Source: Curvularia clavata
Taxonomy: Eukaryota
Reading direction: 5' to 3'
Length of the DNA: 64,000 nt
NCBI GenBank assembly: GCA_023920165.1
Contig: CP089276.1
Span: 3,596,001-3,660,000, forward strand
In this document: in pieces, positions 12,126-25,839 of the stretch
Numbering within the stretch: position 1 is the stretch's first letter
Layout of the letters: every line of letters starts with the position of its first letter
Program-made: the position numbers and the translations under genes
Notes under the pieces: generated by a model
Databases searched by the model: none
What the model saw: only the letters and a program-made list of their open reading frames with translations
What the model was told of the DNA's origin: nothing

Positions 12126-13212
12126 ATGGCGCCTTCGGTTTCATTAGTTGTATGGTCTCACAGCACCCGTGAAGCACCAGAAGGCTAATGCGGGGCAGGC
12201 CAAGCTGAAGATACAGCTCAAGCTGTCGATATCGCGACTGCGCATGGTGCAGCAGAAGGATAGCGCAAAGGTCAAGCAACAGAGGAGAGAAATGGCGCAA
12301 CTCATCGAGGTAAGGAAGTTTGCCTATGCGCTGTTGCTTTCGAGTCGAAATGCCACCCAAGGCAACCGCGCGCAACAGCAACACTCGCTGACAAGATCTC
12401 CTTAATAGGTCGGCAAGGTCCAATCCGCAAGAATACGTGTAGAGAACATCATTCGCACTGATATCACTACCGAATTGCACGAGATCCTCGAACTTTATTG
12501 CGAACTGTTACTCGCGCGCTCCCAACTCCTCGAATCCCAGGTTTCCTCTTCAAACACTACCACTTCCGCGACCTCGTCAACATTACTTGATCCCGCACTG
12601 GAGGAAGCTGTCCGCAGCATAATATATGCCGCACCAAGGACCGAGATAAAGGAACTGCAAACTGTGCGAGGGCTATTGGTGGACAAATTTGGCAAGGATG
12701 TCGCCATAGCTAGCATGGAGGGGGAAGGCGTCGCGGAGAGAGTGATTAAGAAGCTGAGGGTCGAAACACCTAAGGAAGAGCTGGTTGAGGCCTATATGAC
12801 AGAAATCGCCAGATTCTACGGCGTACCCTATGGCACATCTAAAAGTGAGGATGAGGCTGACGACGACGACGAACCCTCAGGCGGCGTAGCAGAAAGGGCC
12901 GACGGCGAGCTCGAAGATCCCTTGCTTGCTGACAACGCTGATCCCAGCAAAACCAAGAAGGCGGAAGAAGTAGAGGCCCTGGCCAAAGCTACAACACCTA
13001 AAAAACTCGGCCCCCAGAGTCCGCTTAGAGTTGTGCCTCCTAGCCCGAGTACAGACAATGTGGCACCGAGGCTAAAGCTACCAGGCGCTGCAGCGGCCAA
13101 GATAGCCAAGAGCGAGGCGACTGCGAAGAAGCCGGCTAAAAAGGAGGATGGGCTAGGGAAGATACCAGATGTTGATGAGCTCTCGAGGCGGTTTGCCGAG
13201 CTCAAGAGGTGA
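12126..13212 (+). CDS. IST1: IST1, ESCRT-III-associated regulator of Vps4
   Basis: Introns 12150-12198 and 12310-12408 give KLKIQLKLSISRLRMVQQK...SARIRVENIIRTDITTELHEILELYCELLLAR. The C-terminus has the MIM motif DELSRRFAELKR. Confidence 0.92.
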
Positions 13213-13468
13213 GAGGTATAGAAATGGAAATTGTCATGTGGATGACTTCGCATTTCATGACAAAATGTCAATGTGAATAGGATACGTTGGGTATTATGAC
13301 CTTGAATTTCTCCAGTATCTTGCTGTTCAAGAAGAAGTGTCTAATGAAGAAGATACGACATAATACACCTAAATCGGTGAAACGAATTACTGTGTCCATT
13401 CATTAATTGGTATCTTGCTTGCTCACTTTGCTAATCGCTGAACGCTCATTCTATATAGAGTCCACTCC

Positions 13469-16318
13469 TCACAAGGCCTGAATGCTTTTGAAGAAGCCAT
13501 TCGCCATCAGCTTCTCGTTCCCCTTGACTAGCTCCCTCATCTTCTCTACCTGCTGTTTCTTAGTCAATCCCTTACTCTCCACCTCCTTTTTCCATTCTAC
13601 CAGCACCTCTTTGAGCAAGCGGCTTCCATCCTCGACTTCCTCTTTGCTTGCCTGCACAAAACCCTCTTCATGTTTACCAGAGAAGTCCTCCAGCTCGTCT
13701 GCCTTGCGCTTCGCCATGTTGATAACCTTTTGCGGAAAGCGGACAAGCTCAGCGACGTGGATACCAAAGGACTGGTCTGAAAAGCCCGGCTCGACTTTGT
13801 AGAGAAGCGTGACTTCACGTTTCTTCTGGGCACCTGTTGCGCTATCCATGTTTACATCTCCATCCTCGTCGGCATTGCTGCCTTCGGAAATGTGGGCTAC
13901 GACGTGGAGGTTCTGTACCTGAGGATATGTATCCACGAGCGCAGTTAGTTCGTGGAAATGGGTCGCAAACAGGGCAAACGCGCCAATCTCCTTGATGATA
14001 TACTCGGAAATCGCCCACGCAAGTCCAAATCCATCGTACGTACTCGTACCACGGCCCAGCTCGTCGATGATGATGAGGGACTCCTTGGTAGCTGATTTGA
14101 GAATATTGGCTGTCTCCAGCATTTCAGCCATGAAGGTAGACACTCCTTTGATTTGGCTGTCGCTGGCGCCGACACGCGCAAGAATGCAGTCAAAGATTGT
14201 AAGCTCGGCTTCTGAACAAGGGACGAAGCAGCCGATCTGCGCCATAAGGGCAATTACACCGATCTGGCGGATGTAGGTGGATTTACCGCCCATGTTGGGA
14301 CCTGTGATGATGAGGAATTCGCTCTTGTCGCGAACTAAAGAGACATCGTTTGTTATGAAGGATATATCATCTTGCATTTCCATGCATGGATGTCGTGCTT
14401 CTTTGAGAACGGTGTTGCCAGTACCTCGTGGGTGCATGGTCGGCCGTGTATATGCGCTTGGTGCGTGAACTGAGACATGTGCAAAAGCGACAATGACATC
14501 AAGGTGGGCGAGAACAGCGGCAAGCTTCTCGATGACAGGTACATAGGATGAGGCCACAGAGACGACCTCGTTGACTAGGCCTGCTTGTGTGCGATTATAT
14601 GTATCAGACAATTGGTCAAATTCCCGGCGCTTTTCTGAAAGGGTATTGGTAGTGAAGTAGACACCGTTCTTCTGCGTTGATATTTCTTGGTACTGCTTCT
14701 TCCCTCGAATGCAACTTGCTTCGTTGCGGGTCAGACGGAAGCACCAGCCGCTGACCTTGTGGTTTTCGAGAAAGAGCTTCTTCTCTGTATCTTGGTTGAG
14801 GTCGTCACCCACACGCATATGCTCAGACTCCATATCGCGCTTGAGCTTATCCAGGCGCTTGCGAATGGTCTTGAGCGACTCGTCAAAATCAGGCTTGATG
14901 ATGAACTCGTGGTTGTCGAGAGCGTCCAGATCAACTGTTGTCTCTACCATGTCTTGCAGGCCTGCAAATGCTGCGGCATATTCGCGGATCTTGCTCGTGT
15001 ACTCTGCATCAAGCGGCTCCTTGTATTGCTCGTCTATGACGGCCTCAAGAGAGCTGAGGAAGCCTGGCAATCTGATGACGACTTGGTATGCCCGCACTAC
15101 ATCTTCCAGATTTGCTACCTTGCGTTGGAATTTCTTTGCCAGGCGATACAGATCAGGTATTGAGCGCAGATGCTCTTCTTGCATTGTTTGCCTCAGTTCG
15201 GTGTCGTTGACAAAGGCTTCAACCAGCTGCTGTCGTCGCTCGATTTCGCTAATGTTCATCAGTGGCTGCTTGAGCCACTGTGCTAGTAACCGACTTCCTG
15301 TTGGCGTCTTGCAGTGATTGAGCAAACCATATAAACTCATGTTCTTGGCTCCGTCTCGTGGTCCAGGCATAAGATTCAGGGCCTTAAGCGCCGCCGCATC
15401 GAGCTTCATGTACTGTGATAGGTCATGTTGGTAGAGCTGATATTGTCCAAAGTTTGACGAGTCAGACATGACGCCCAGGTACCGAATCAGACAAGCAGCC
15501 GAACCCATAGCTAGCTTCAGGTCGGTCAAAGGTAGTGAACCGGCAGCACGGTCATCTTTGAGCAACCGTGGCAAGTCCTGCTCGATATCTTTTGTGCCAA
15601 AGTCGGCCGGCGCTCGCTCTGCAACTGCGCATCCACAGTTATCCGCGATGGTCCGGAGCTTGCTGAGCTCCACATCCTTCTTTGAGGAATCCATTTGTAT
15701 GAGGCATTCCTTCACGCCTAGCTGAATGAGTAATGACTCGAAATTGGAATAAAGGTCGTTGTCCAGGAACTCTGTAACGCCCAGCTCCCGTACGCTTGCA
15801 TCGGCAAAGCAGACACCCACATTCCGTGCCTCGGATGCCTTGGCCGATACCTTGACCGCCAATATTATAGGAGCGCTCTCGATATGCCCACCTAGCTCCT
15901 CCTCGAGGTCTTGCAGGTTGCCGGGAGAGGCCTGTTTAACCACCTTCCAGTCCATGCGCTTTCCTGTTGATTGCCATATCTCAATGCGTTTACTGAGCCG
16001 GAACAGAGCGTCGCGGAGGAAGTTGCGGAAGACTGTGATGGTCATTGTGACGGACTCAAGTCCTGGGTCTCGTCCCAGCTTGCGAATCACGGCGGTACTT
16101 TTGTACACCTAAAGGAGTGTCAGTTTGTTAATCATGGTACATTATGCCACAAGCGCACTTACAGTGTTCGCAATGAACGTTGCATCATCGCCGTGAGCGC
16201 TGTAGTAGTCGCCACGATCGAATATGCGCACAGTCTCGTTGTCTTTCTGATCCAGGTTGCGGAAGAACTTGCAGAAACCCGACTCATCCTCTTCTTTGAT
16301 CTCTGGTCGGGACGCCAT
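13469..16318 (-). CDS. MSH2: DNA mismatch repair protein MSH2
   Basis: N-terminus MASRPEIK...VRIFDRGDYYSAHGDDATFIA, one intron at 16109-16162. MutS ATPase motifs present: GPNMGGKST, STFMAEM, DELGRGTSTYDG, FATHFHEL, DQSFGIHVA. Confidence 0.98.
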
Positions 16319-16420
16319 TTTGTGCTATGTTTTGAAAGACGATGACAGCGTTAGATGCGTAAGAGACCAGACGTTAACAAAAGTGGAGTTGATTGGACAC
16401 GCTCTCCGTTAATTGATTGA

Positions 16421-16461
16421 GACGCGTCGACGCGTCGCTTCACGCTAGACTTATCGATAAG
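16421..16461. promoter_or_regulatory. MSH2 promoter: double MCB (ACGCGT) palindrome plus CTTATCGATAAG palindrome
   Basis: GACGCGTCGACGCGTC (16421-16436) contains two MluI cell-cycle boxes about 105 bp upstream of the MSH2 ATG. CTTATCGATAAG is at 16450-16461. Confidence 0.7.
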
Positions 16462-16665
16462 CATGATATGGCAACGATACAGTACGACCGACTTGCGTTC
16501 TGACTCTATTGTATTCAAAATATGTCCTATACGTCTTCAAAGTCACTAAATTGCATCGATACATTATGGATTGACGAATCGATTTTCCTGCGGTGTAACA
16601 TGATCATTGCTACCTAGATCAACTTCCATTGGCCTCTCACCGAGTCTCTTCAAATTGAGACTTAC

Positions 16666-18069
16666 CTACCCCTCCCACACAGCTTCGACAATTCCCAAAT
16701 TTGAGCCTGAAGGATGATAAAAATCATGGAACTTGAACCTCCCATCCGCTTCTTCGAGCAGTGCCTTCCACTCGTCCAGACTGCGTTCTTTGGCATTGCC
16801 GATTTCCACCATGGTCAAGTCAATACCCCTAGGCATTTATTAGCATCATAGCTACTGTTGAATAGATGACCTGAGTATACCTGAGTTTCCTCTCGAGATC
16901 ATTGGGAAGTGTGCCTGGAGGAGGCATGACTGTGTCCACAATCAACAGCCGCGCACCCTTTTTCAAAGCCGGTATCAGTGCCCTGAGCGCCTTGAAACAA
17001 TACTTATCCGACCAGTTATGCAAAGTCCAACGATAGTAATAAACATCGGCGCCTTTAACCGGCTGGGGCTGAAAGAAGTCGTGGATTTGGAATTTCACGT
17101 CCAGTCCTTCTTCCTCTTTCGAGTTCGCAATGACTTCTGGCAAATCTTGCACTATTAGATGAAGATTGGGGAATTTGCGAGCCAGAGCAAAAGCCGCATC
17201 TCCGTGGGAGCCGCCCATATCAACGACAGTACCTGGTGCTACGGATTCCCATGGGTATCCATCCGTTAAGTGACGTAGCGAAAATCCCTCGCCAGTGGTA
17301 AAGAAGCTCATTCCTTCACCAAAACGACGAGCACGCTCCGGATCGCTGGCCAAGGCTTGGTAAAAAGACAAATCGGTTTCATGGCCTAGCGAAAATCCCT
17401 AGCACTCTCTTAGTCTCATAACTCTGTGGCTTATTGCGGGCGCATACGGTCTGGTTTGGCTCGGAAGCTTCAGGCCACTTTTCCAAAGCCTCCACGAGCT
17501 TCTCAGCTGATGGCCACATTTCGTCAACGTTGGCTGCAACCCAGCCTGCTGCGCGTGTATCATCTGCAAGCTGTCTCGAGGCGGCAGAGTGTGCTATCAC
17601 GCCAGGACGAGGTTCCCGAAATATGCGATACGCAATGCCCATGCGAAGGATACGTGTAACAGCTCCCTCGTTTAAACCAATGCTTGCTGCGAGATCCTTG
17701 AACGTCATCTCACCACCCACTGGCACCTTGCGAGCAATGTCATAGCGAGAGATTAGTTTGAGATGCGCCAAAAGGTTGTGCTACAAAGTAGTCAGTGTGG
17801 AGATTCATTAGGCCTTTGTATGCGCCGCAGACTTGGTGGTTGAAAATCAGCTCTCTTGGGCCTTGGAGAAGGTCGTTGAGCTCCTGAGTTGCTCGAAGAA
17901 CGGCAACGCGCGATTCTTCTACATCGGAAGGCAATCCGAGCTCGACGGGACCATCGACATCAAAAGATGGCTGTGGCAGATTGTGCTCATCAAGGAACTT
18001 GTCAACTCGAGCAGTGTGATGTGCGATGGTAGCTGCCAGTTCAGCTATACGACTTGATTGTGAAGACAT
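16666..18069 (-). CDS. SAM-dependent O-methyltransferase (fungal secondary-metabolism OMT, methyltransf_2 type), 4 exons
   Basis: N-terminal LPQPSFDVDGP and a winged-helix dimerisation region. Motifs VVDMGGSHG, IVQDLP, HDFFQPQP, LHNWSD and NAKERSLDEW. Ends EAVWEG-TAG. Confidence 0.9.
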
Positions 18070-20139
18070 GGCGGCTGAGCGACTTCACAATCGAGCGATC
18101 CATCCTTCTGCTATACCTTTATACTGTAATCACCAGAGACAGGGGTATGTTTCCCATGCGGTGATAGGCTATGTCTCGGTTCAGGGCTCAGCCGTACGGC
18201 GCACTGCATGCCCCATTTAGCAGGGATCTAATGCAGTGTAAGCCATATCTGTTTTTACAAGCTTTTACGAAGCCCAAAATGGCATGAGACAATGATAGGA
18301 AGGATTAGGTAACCCCGAGTGTATACATATCATTGGACATTCATGTGTTCACGATGTATTGGTGGGGTGTTGGGGTTGGTGGGGTTGAGCTTGGTGGGGT
18401 CTGAGGCTGCATTGTATATTTCCGTAAACGTGCCATGTTCTCTAAAGAAGGAGATAACTGGAGATTTCCCCATTACTATTGCGGGTCGTCTTGATGAGTC
18501 GTCCATGGATAAACGGATGCCATGTTTATGATATCAAACGAAAGTACATGGAAAATCTATAAGTGATAATATTACAGTCGATCAGATTGAGTGATGCCGA
18601 GGTGGATCCAAATTGGCTGACTAGGCCAACTGGCTAAGCGCCTAGGCTATTAGATGCTATCAGAGCTGCTAGTGAGGACTGTCTTTTCACCGCGTCGATT
18701 CTGGTTGTGCATGAGATCCAAATATAAAAGGAAGAAGGGTTTCAGCGCATTGTTCAGCCAATTCATAGCCGATGAAAAATCGCATTCTAGGAGAAACTCA
18801 CACCATCTTGGCCTGACCCTCACCTGCTCGCGAAAAGGACCTATTCAAAACAACTGACTGCAAACTTTCCTGAGCTAGCACGTTGTGTGAAACAGCAGAT
18901 CAGCACAACAAAACCAACAGGTTTGCATTGAGAGGAATTGTTACGAAGTACGAAGGTTTGAGACGGGATGCCGAACTTGGCCAGCAAAGGTTCAATGGAG
19001 TCCCCGTCTTCAGGTGAGCTAGGTCCATGATACTATGAATAGTGAACGTCCCTCAGACGTAATCTTAATCTTGATCTTGGTTAGTAACGTCATACCAACT
19101 AGGCATCCATCGGACTACAGCCTTCAATATCATATATTGCAGTGCTTAAATCAACAATTGTGACTATATAATCGTTGCGAGCATGGCAAGGTTGATCCTA
19201 AACGGGCGATATGAGCATATTTTGGAGTTGCCTTGGAATTCTGTCAATTTACAGTAGCGCAAAACGGCAGTGACTGTCCAAGAAAGCAAGCACAGCCTCC
19301 GACACTTCAGTTTTGCAGCCCTCAGTTTCTTTTTGGTCCGATTTTCGAGATCTGTTTCGGCATCCCATACTTTGATAGTCCCAACTAATGACGGAGACTA
19401 AGACGACGAGAAAATAATTAGGGCGGCTATGCTGAATTGCATGTGGATGCGGACGATTGTTGTAACCGCATAAGTAACAGGCAAGACAAGGACTAATTGA
19501 ATGAACAAGCTATGGTAGGTGCAATGCTTTTGACAAGACAAATTACTAACGAAAAATAAGCCCTTTCAAAAGGAGTAGGTGTGGCATAGCATAAACCCCC
19601 AAATAATCACAAGATTTCAAACTAAGACTGTCGAAGTACTTTTCATACAGTAAAGTTTGATAGTAGAAGATATAACGCAACTTTAGTCAAGGACTAGCTA
19701 CAAGAAAGTGGAAGCTATCCCTGAATACTCGAGTAACCAACAAACATTCCACAGTAGACTACATACGAGTATGATTTGGTTCATTTCAGCATGACCAGGT
19801 ACTGATCAGAGCTAGAGCAGCGTCCAATGAATGAAAACGAATGTAGAAGCTGATAGATATGCCTAGTCCAAAGTGCTATAACGTTCAGGGAAGCTTACGT
19901 GTGTCAAATGTCCTCTTTAGAAGACTCTTAGATATATCCAGCTACTTGTAGTCTCCCAAGGTACTTGCCTCCTATACGAAGAATACTGACAGCTCACAAG
20001 AGTTTACGCGAGATCGTAGACCTATTCCCACTAGGGCAAAAAACTACTCTTTCAAGCCAGGGGTTTCATCCGAACATCAACAGGAGATTTCCCAGTCAAA
20101 AAAAAAATGTAGAAACTCGTGAACAGAGCAAAAAAAGGA

Positions 20140-20243
20140 AGCCCGACGTGGGGGTCGAACCCACAACCTTGAGATAACCAATCGTGTCTGATTAGGACGT
20201 GAAAGCTAAGAGTCTCACGCTCTACCGATTGAGCTAGCCGGGC
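20140..20243 (-). tRNA. tRNA-Lys (anticodon CTT) with a 31-nt intron (20176-20206)
   Basis: Minus strand reads GCCCGGCTAGCTCAATCGGTAGAGCGTGAGACTCTTA-[intron]-ATCTCAAGGTTGTGGGTTCGACCCCCACGTCGGGC. A and B boxes are intact and a T7 Pol III terminator lies just downstream. Confidence 0.97.
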
Positions 20244-21347
20244 TTGTTGTTGTTGTTTGATGGAAGAACGAGCATTTTTCATGAATATATTTCAAGAAAA
20301 CGCATTCACTGCTATCCGAAACAGTTTTCTGAATATTCGATTGTGCTTCCTTACTCGTGTGGTAGCAAGGAAATTTTCGCATGGGTGTGTGGGGCCGGCG
20401 GCGGGGAAGAGTCGGCGAACGTCATTCTCGGGAGACTATCCGCGACGTCAGTGATGGGTAAACTTGGTTGGTATCGGCTCCCTTTTGCTGCGGTATATTG
20501 GCTAGTTTATTAGGGTTTCTGAGGAAAATAGTAGTCAGAGCCAGAGGATGGGTAGTGTGTTGGTGTCCGATATGATCATGATGCTAGACAACCACATTAT
20601 CTGATGGGTTCTTGAATTCTTTGTGCGTCCAAGGAACTAATAACATCTTGCTGATGGAATGGCAAGGATCGCGAGGTACTGCATTCGTTGTAGTGGTTGT
20701 TAGCAGGCGGTTGTCGACACCGACGAGTGAACGAAGCTTAGTGACAAGTTGACACGCATGTGTGGTGTAATTCAAGAGGTAGAGTATATGTGAAATAAAA
20801 AGAAAATATGATGGCCTTACGAAGGCGATTGACCATCATTTTCAACGTTGAGTTCAGTATGTGGTTATGTATGAGGACACCTTACACCTGTCCACACCCC
20901 AATGACGGATGCTAACGCACGGACCCACCGGCAATCTCCCAGGTGTAACTAAGTGCAGATGTTCAGACAAGCTTTTCGATGCCCATCTCAGCCGTCTCTT
21001 TGCCCTGAACATCCTTGAATAAACCTTGCATGCAACTTGGATAGTGTGAACTAAGGCGAAAGTGGCCGTAGTCTTCCCGTCAGATACCAGGGATCTGGGA
21101 ATCTCGCACTGGTCAAGATCAAACTAAACATGGACTGCAGGTAAACTGAGGGTATTTAGGCCGTTACATCATCTACTCGTTTATAAATTACAAAGAGGCG
21201 ATAGCAAAACGCAAGTCCGATCACACAGTACGCCGAAACGTATCCCAGACAGAACAAAGGAAAACGCCATCTTGAACGCCTCGCCATGACGGGTATAAAG
21301 CGTTCCATCCCCCAACAAGCCTTCCAGAGCTTTTCTCCTTGGTGCCA

Positions 21348-22588
21348 TCAGCGATAAACTACTTCTTCCCTGACCAACGACCTTGGCGGGCCTGGTGGTG
21401 GTGGTGCCGGCAGACTTAACCGCTTAGTTTCCACTTTTACCTCTCTCAGATCTGGTTCCCGCTCTAGCTCCGAGGCTTCGTGATATGTACCCACATGCTT
21501 GACCAGACTCTCGACATTTCTGCAAATCGCATCGACTTCCGAGCCCTTGTTGCATATTGTACACGCATACTCACCGTCTGGCGTGTGGCACTGGATGACG
21601 AAGCGCTGTCCGAGACGAAATTCGCGCGTATCGAGCAACTCTGTTTCATAGCCAGTGGTCTTGTCGTAGACGGTGATGGGCGTGCGTTTTCCAATCATCC
21701 AAAAGTCTTCGCTCGTGACATCGAGTTGAACGCCACAGGTAGGACACACGCAGCTGCCCCCTGGAGCAAAACTGGCTGCCAGAGGCTTTCCTTGCATGTG
21801 CTGCAGATCACGAGCGTATGAGCAGAAGAGTTGCTCGGGTCTGTCTTGGATAACAGTGGGAGCACGTTGTGGAGGTGCGAGTGAGCGCGAGGGCGACGAA
21901 GATCGATGTGAGCCGTTGCCGGCCTGTGAACCTCCCAAGCGTAGTTGAGCTTGTCGGAGAGCTTCTAGGGAGCCATCGCGAGCTTCGTTCGAAGCGGTAA
22001 TGAGTTTCTCCATGTCCGCACGAGTGAGTTGACGATCGTTGTAGAGAGCGTCCTGCAGGACACTTATGACGGTCTGCTGAAGAGATATGATTTGCGCTTG
22101 GAGCTGGTTCTCAACGATTGCTATTCGGAGTCAGTATTAGATCTCGTGTCTGCCATACGACAAACTAACCATCGCCTATCGCAAACCGGCTACCCATCCT
22201 GCCATAGCCTTGGTCGTACATTCTCTGAATCATCATCATATCCCTCTCAAAGTTATTTCCCACATCGTCCCGCCCTCTTCCGTCCCGCAAGCGATCGATC
22301 TCTTCTTGTCTTTTTTCTGCCTTTTGCTGAGCCTCCTCAAATTGCATTTTTAGCTGTTTAATTTCGCCATCCTGTTGCTTGTCGCGTTGTTTCTGTCGGT
22401 GCTGAGCGCGTCTATCGGCGATACGTTCCCACAGACCTAGGGACGCTGTAAAGGTGCCGACGAGGGTTGAGGCAAGTGTAGCTACAATGAAGGTTTTCTA
22501 AGGCAGCGAGTCAGCATCCATGGTGTGGCTGCGTATCACCAGGATATACCTTGAGCTTTTTCTCTTCTATCCATGATGCGTAGTTCAT
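21348..22588 (-). CDS. Hypothetical protein, 3 exons, with coiled-coil N-terminal half and Cys/His-rich C-terminal region
   Basis: MNYASWIEEKKLK|KTFIVATLASTLVGTF...GSRFAIGD|AIVENQLQAQIISLQQ... joins ORF 21348..22013 through two GT-AG introns with branch sites. CVCPTC and CTIC..C..H..H motifs suggest zinc binding. Confidence 0.8.
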
Positions 22589-25500
22589 CTTTGCAGTAGT
22601 TTGGCAACTATTACTTCCACTCACAAGTCTCCAGAAGACGATTCAAAGGAAAAGCCGAAGAGAGCGCGAATAGCACACTCGAAACAGGATATCAGCTGCA
22701 CGCCCACACACACCTGAAAATGCTCGACTTCTTTGTTTTTTTCTAGCGCATATACACAAGCTTTTCAAACAGCAAATGAAAAATAGGGAACGAAGAAGGA
22801 GGGTGCGAGATTAAAGCCATTGTACTTCTCCGGCACAATGACGCACGCGGTGGTTCCGCCCGACCTGTACGTGAGTCGCGTCCCGACCCTAAGATCAGCC
22901 GTGTGACAATCGCAGGCACCTGATTGCACCATATGTCGGGTAAGCATTGGGGCATGAACACAGTTTACTGACCGCCCCTCGCGGAATCCAAGTGATGGAG
23001 CCGTGCCAGCGATGCGCAGGTAATATGCAATGTGACGTAATGCCGCGAGCCCCGCTGGCTTGCCTTGAGCATGGGGAAACGAGCGACCGAGGATGCGTAA
23101 AGTGGAATAGCATGCTTGGGCACTGCCTATCATACCGGTCCAAAGACGCCTTGCGGGATGCGAGTATACTATGCCGCCCGCTATGTTCTGCATATAATAC
23201 ATGGAAACCGAGCCGAACAGACTCTTTTCCAACCGGGCATCAGACGCCGAGATGACGCGGCATATACATGATGTTGGAAATTTCGTACTGCCGATTATTT
23301 ATGCCCAACGACCCTAGGTGAGCTGACCGGGAGTTGCCCAGGGCGGAGGTGGTCAGTTTCGTTCATAGGAGAAGGTACATATTATATGATGTCGTCGTAC
23401 ACCAAATGAAGCCCGAATTTTGTGCTCTGCGACTCTTCGTAATGCATTCAAAATCAAGTTTGTACCTATCTCCAGCTTGAGAACTATCCTTGTGGACAAT
23501 ACTGCGCCGAGGAGGAAGGCAGTAATTTAATCCAAGTGCATTAGCCGAAACCGGATCATTCCGGCTCGTCAACCTCATCCAGTGTTTGACCGTACTACGG
23601 GCCAGGCTTCCCAAAGAGAGCCACAAGAGCTATGATTTGACGACTGCTGAAATGCTTAGTTGAGAGTTATGGTTGATGGTAAGGTAACGTGAGGCCGATA
23701 AGGGACTTGTGGATAGAACAACCACGGTCGTCCTTGACCACTTGTGTACTCTGAAGTTGATGGTTTAGCTTATTTGAAACTGTGCGTTGAGGTCCCACTA
23801 TGTTTGGATAGTAAAGAAGAGGAGATAGTTCCTTTCAATTCCACAGGCAAATTCTCGGTTTGGCCAGGTCCCTTGACTCAAAACCTAAGGGGTTCAATTA
23901 CTCTTGAAACGCTCTACTAAGCATTGAATCTCTGAGTCTTCAAAGCCACACAGAAAAAAAAAATCTGCCTGCATCCTTGGTCCATAGAGCTGTTCAACGG
24001 AAGCCATTTGTAGCCATCACCTTTAACAACAGGCCTTAGCTGACAATGCGATGAGACGACGGCCGAAAAAAAGCTCACCACGGGCTGAAGGCACCTAACC
24101 GAATATGTATCCAAACTGAGGAGACTGAGAACCTACAATAGCAGAGAATCTGGGTCTTTTGAGTACATATTCCCACGAGGCAAAAAACACTACTCTCAGA
24201 TCCATTCTGTTATCAAACAGCGCCAACGCACTCAATACCACTCTTCTATTTTACCAAGATCAGCCATCCTCTGTAGTAAGTAGCCCCTCCACCTTCTCGA
24301 ATGTAAGGACTGAAGAAGGGCTAAAGACCTGATTTGAGAATGTCTGATTACACCTACGCTTGAGGAGGGAGGCCGGAGAGTCTGGTTTTGAGTAACTTGC
24401 ATGGTGTGGAAAAGGGGGGCTTTGTGAGATGCAGAATTGATTGCATGGCAGAGTTGAAGAGTGCGGTTGGTGGCGCACACGTCAGTATCTAGAGAGACAA
24501 CGAGGGAAAGATAGTTTCTTGAGAGTCGACAACAGTATTTGTATCCTCGTGGTTTGTACATCTAGGGGCAGTTGTTTGCTTAATCGTGACACATTTGGTC
24601 TTTTTTGATCGTGCTCACGTGCCTTGGGTTTGTGGGAGACAAACTCATGTAAAGTGAGCACATGGATAAGAGTTCGGGAGATGAAAGAGTATCACGAAGG
24701 TGAACGGAGCAGCAGATATAGATGGAGAAGAGTTGTCATGTAAGATCAATGTATGTACAGGTATATATCCACACTGTTCAGGCGAGCGAAAAACGCCTTC
24801 TGTAACTAAACGCAACACAACATACATTACACGGCAAACGCGGAAACATTATTGAAAGATGAAGCAAGCGGTGTATTCATCGACGGCAACCAGCAGACTA
24901 GCTGTCGGTACCCGTAGGTACCCCTCTGGTACACCGTCGACGTGTCAACTCAGCTATGGAAGATGAAGCCAAAAAAGCATAAACGACAATAACAACAAAA
25001 GGAAACATTCAAACGCTACGTAGCTCATAGATTTTCCGTCAGACCATCCCATCATCACCGTCATGAAAGCGTCATAGCTTCCCCCTCTCCCCTTTTGCCA
25101 GCACATCGGCTCTGCTTACTTTTTTTGTCTCTGCCAAAGGAAAAAAAGAAACCCCTCGACATCTGCCACGTAGAGCCAGCCACACAACAAACACGGGAAA
25201 GGGCATTACATCCGCCAGCAAATAAGAAAAAAAAAAAAGCTCGAAAAACCTCCGCGAGGAGCAGGTATAGTGCGAAGCTGAGGGAAGAAAGAGAAAACGA
25301 GGAGAAAAAGAAAAAGAAAACAAGGCGTGCTGAGAAACATTCCAGAAGAAACAAAGCAAATAGAGCAAAATTAGCAATATGGAAAAAGCAAGGGGAAACA
25401 ACCACATGGTTGGTAAGCCATCCCTGAATGGTGCGACGTTTCTCGCGCCCATGTGACGGTGTTGTGCGTGAGCGTTCCAATCTAGCAACCAATATTATTG

Positions 25501-25839
25501 TGATATACCGAGTGGTAGGGAACGCAGCAAAACACGCAAGCATGAAACGCGGGTGGGGAATCAAAACCAATTTTTGGAAATGCGACCAAACAACCGATCA
25601 AAACTTTTCCGTTGAACAAGTTGGCCCATACAAGCCAGCGCTGTTTATCCAAAGCTATTGTTTCAACCTGCTTGTGACCCGCTTTGGAAGAAAGAAAAAG
25701 AACAAGGAAAGAAGGAAAGAACCGAACGAGACTTTTGTGTGACGAAAGAAGGAGAGTAGCCAGTCAACACAGGTCTAGTCCGGTAGAGGACCGAGAGTCG
25801 TCGTTACGCATCAGGCGACTGCTCAAGCATTGAAGAGAG

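Noticed and set aside
16610..16670. Overlapping splice donors at the OMT stop (GG|GTAG|GTAAGT) as a route to an alternative, possibly peroxisomal, C-terminus
   Set aside because: The nearby acceptors I tried give either an immediate stop or extensions without a PTS1, and no good branch site is present. At most this is a 3'UTR intron.
19200..19960. A-rich stretch beside the tRNA as a possible transposon relic
   Set aside because: No terminal repeats or recognisable transposase or reverse transcriptase remnants were found.
25061..25570. Hydrophobic Phe-rich ORF and Lys-rich ORF on the opposite strand
   Set aside because: Both come from poly-T/poly-A tracts in a probable 3'UTR.
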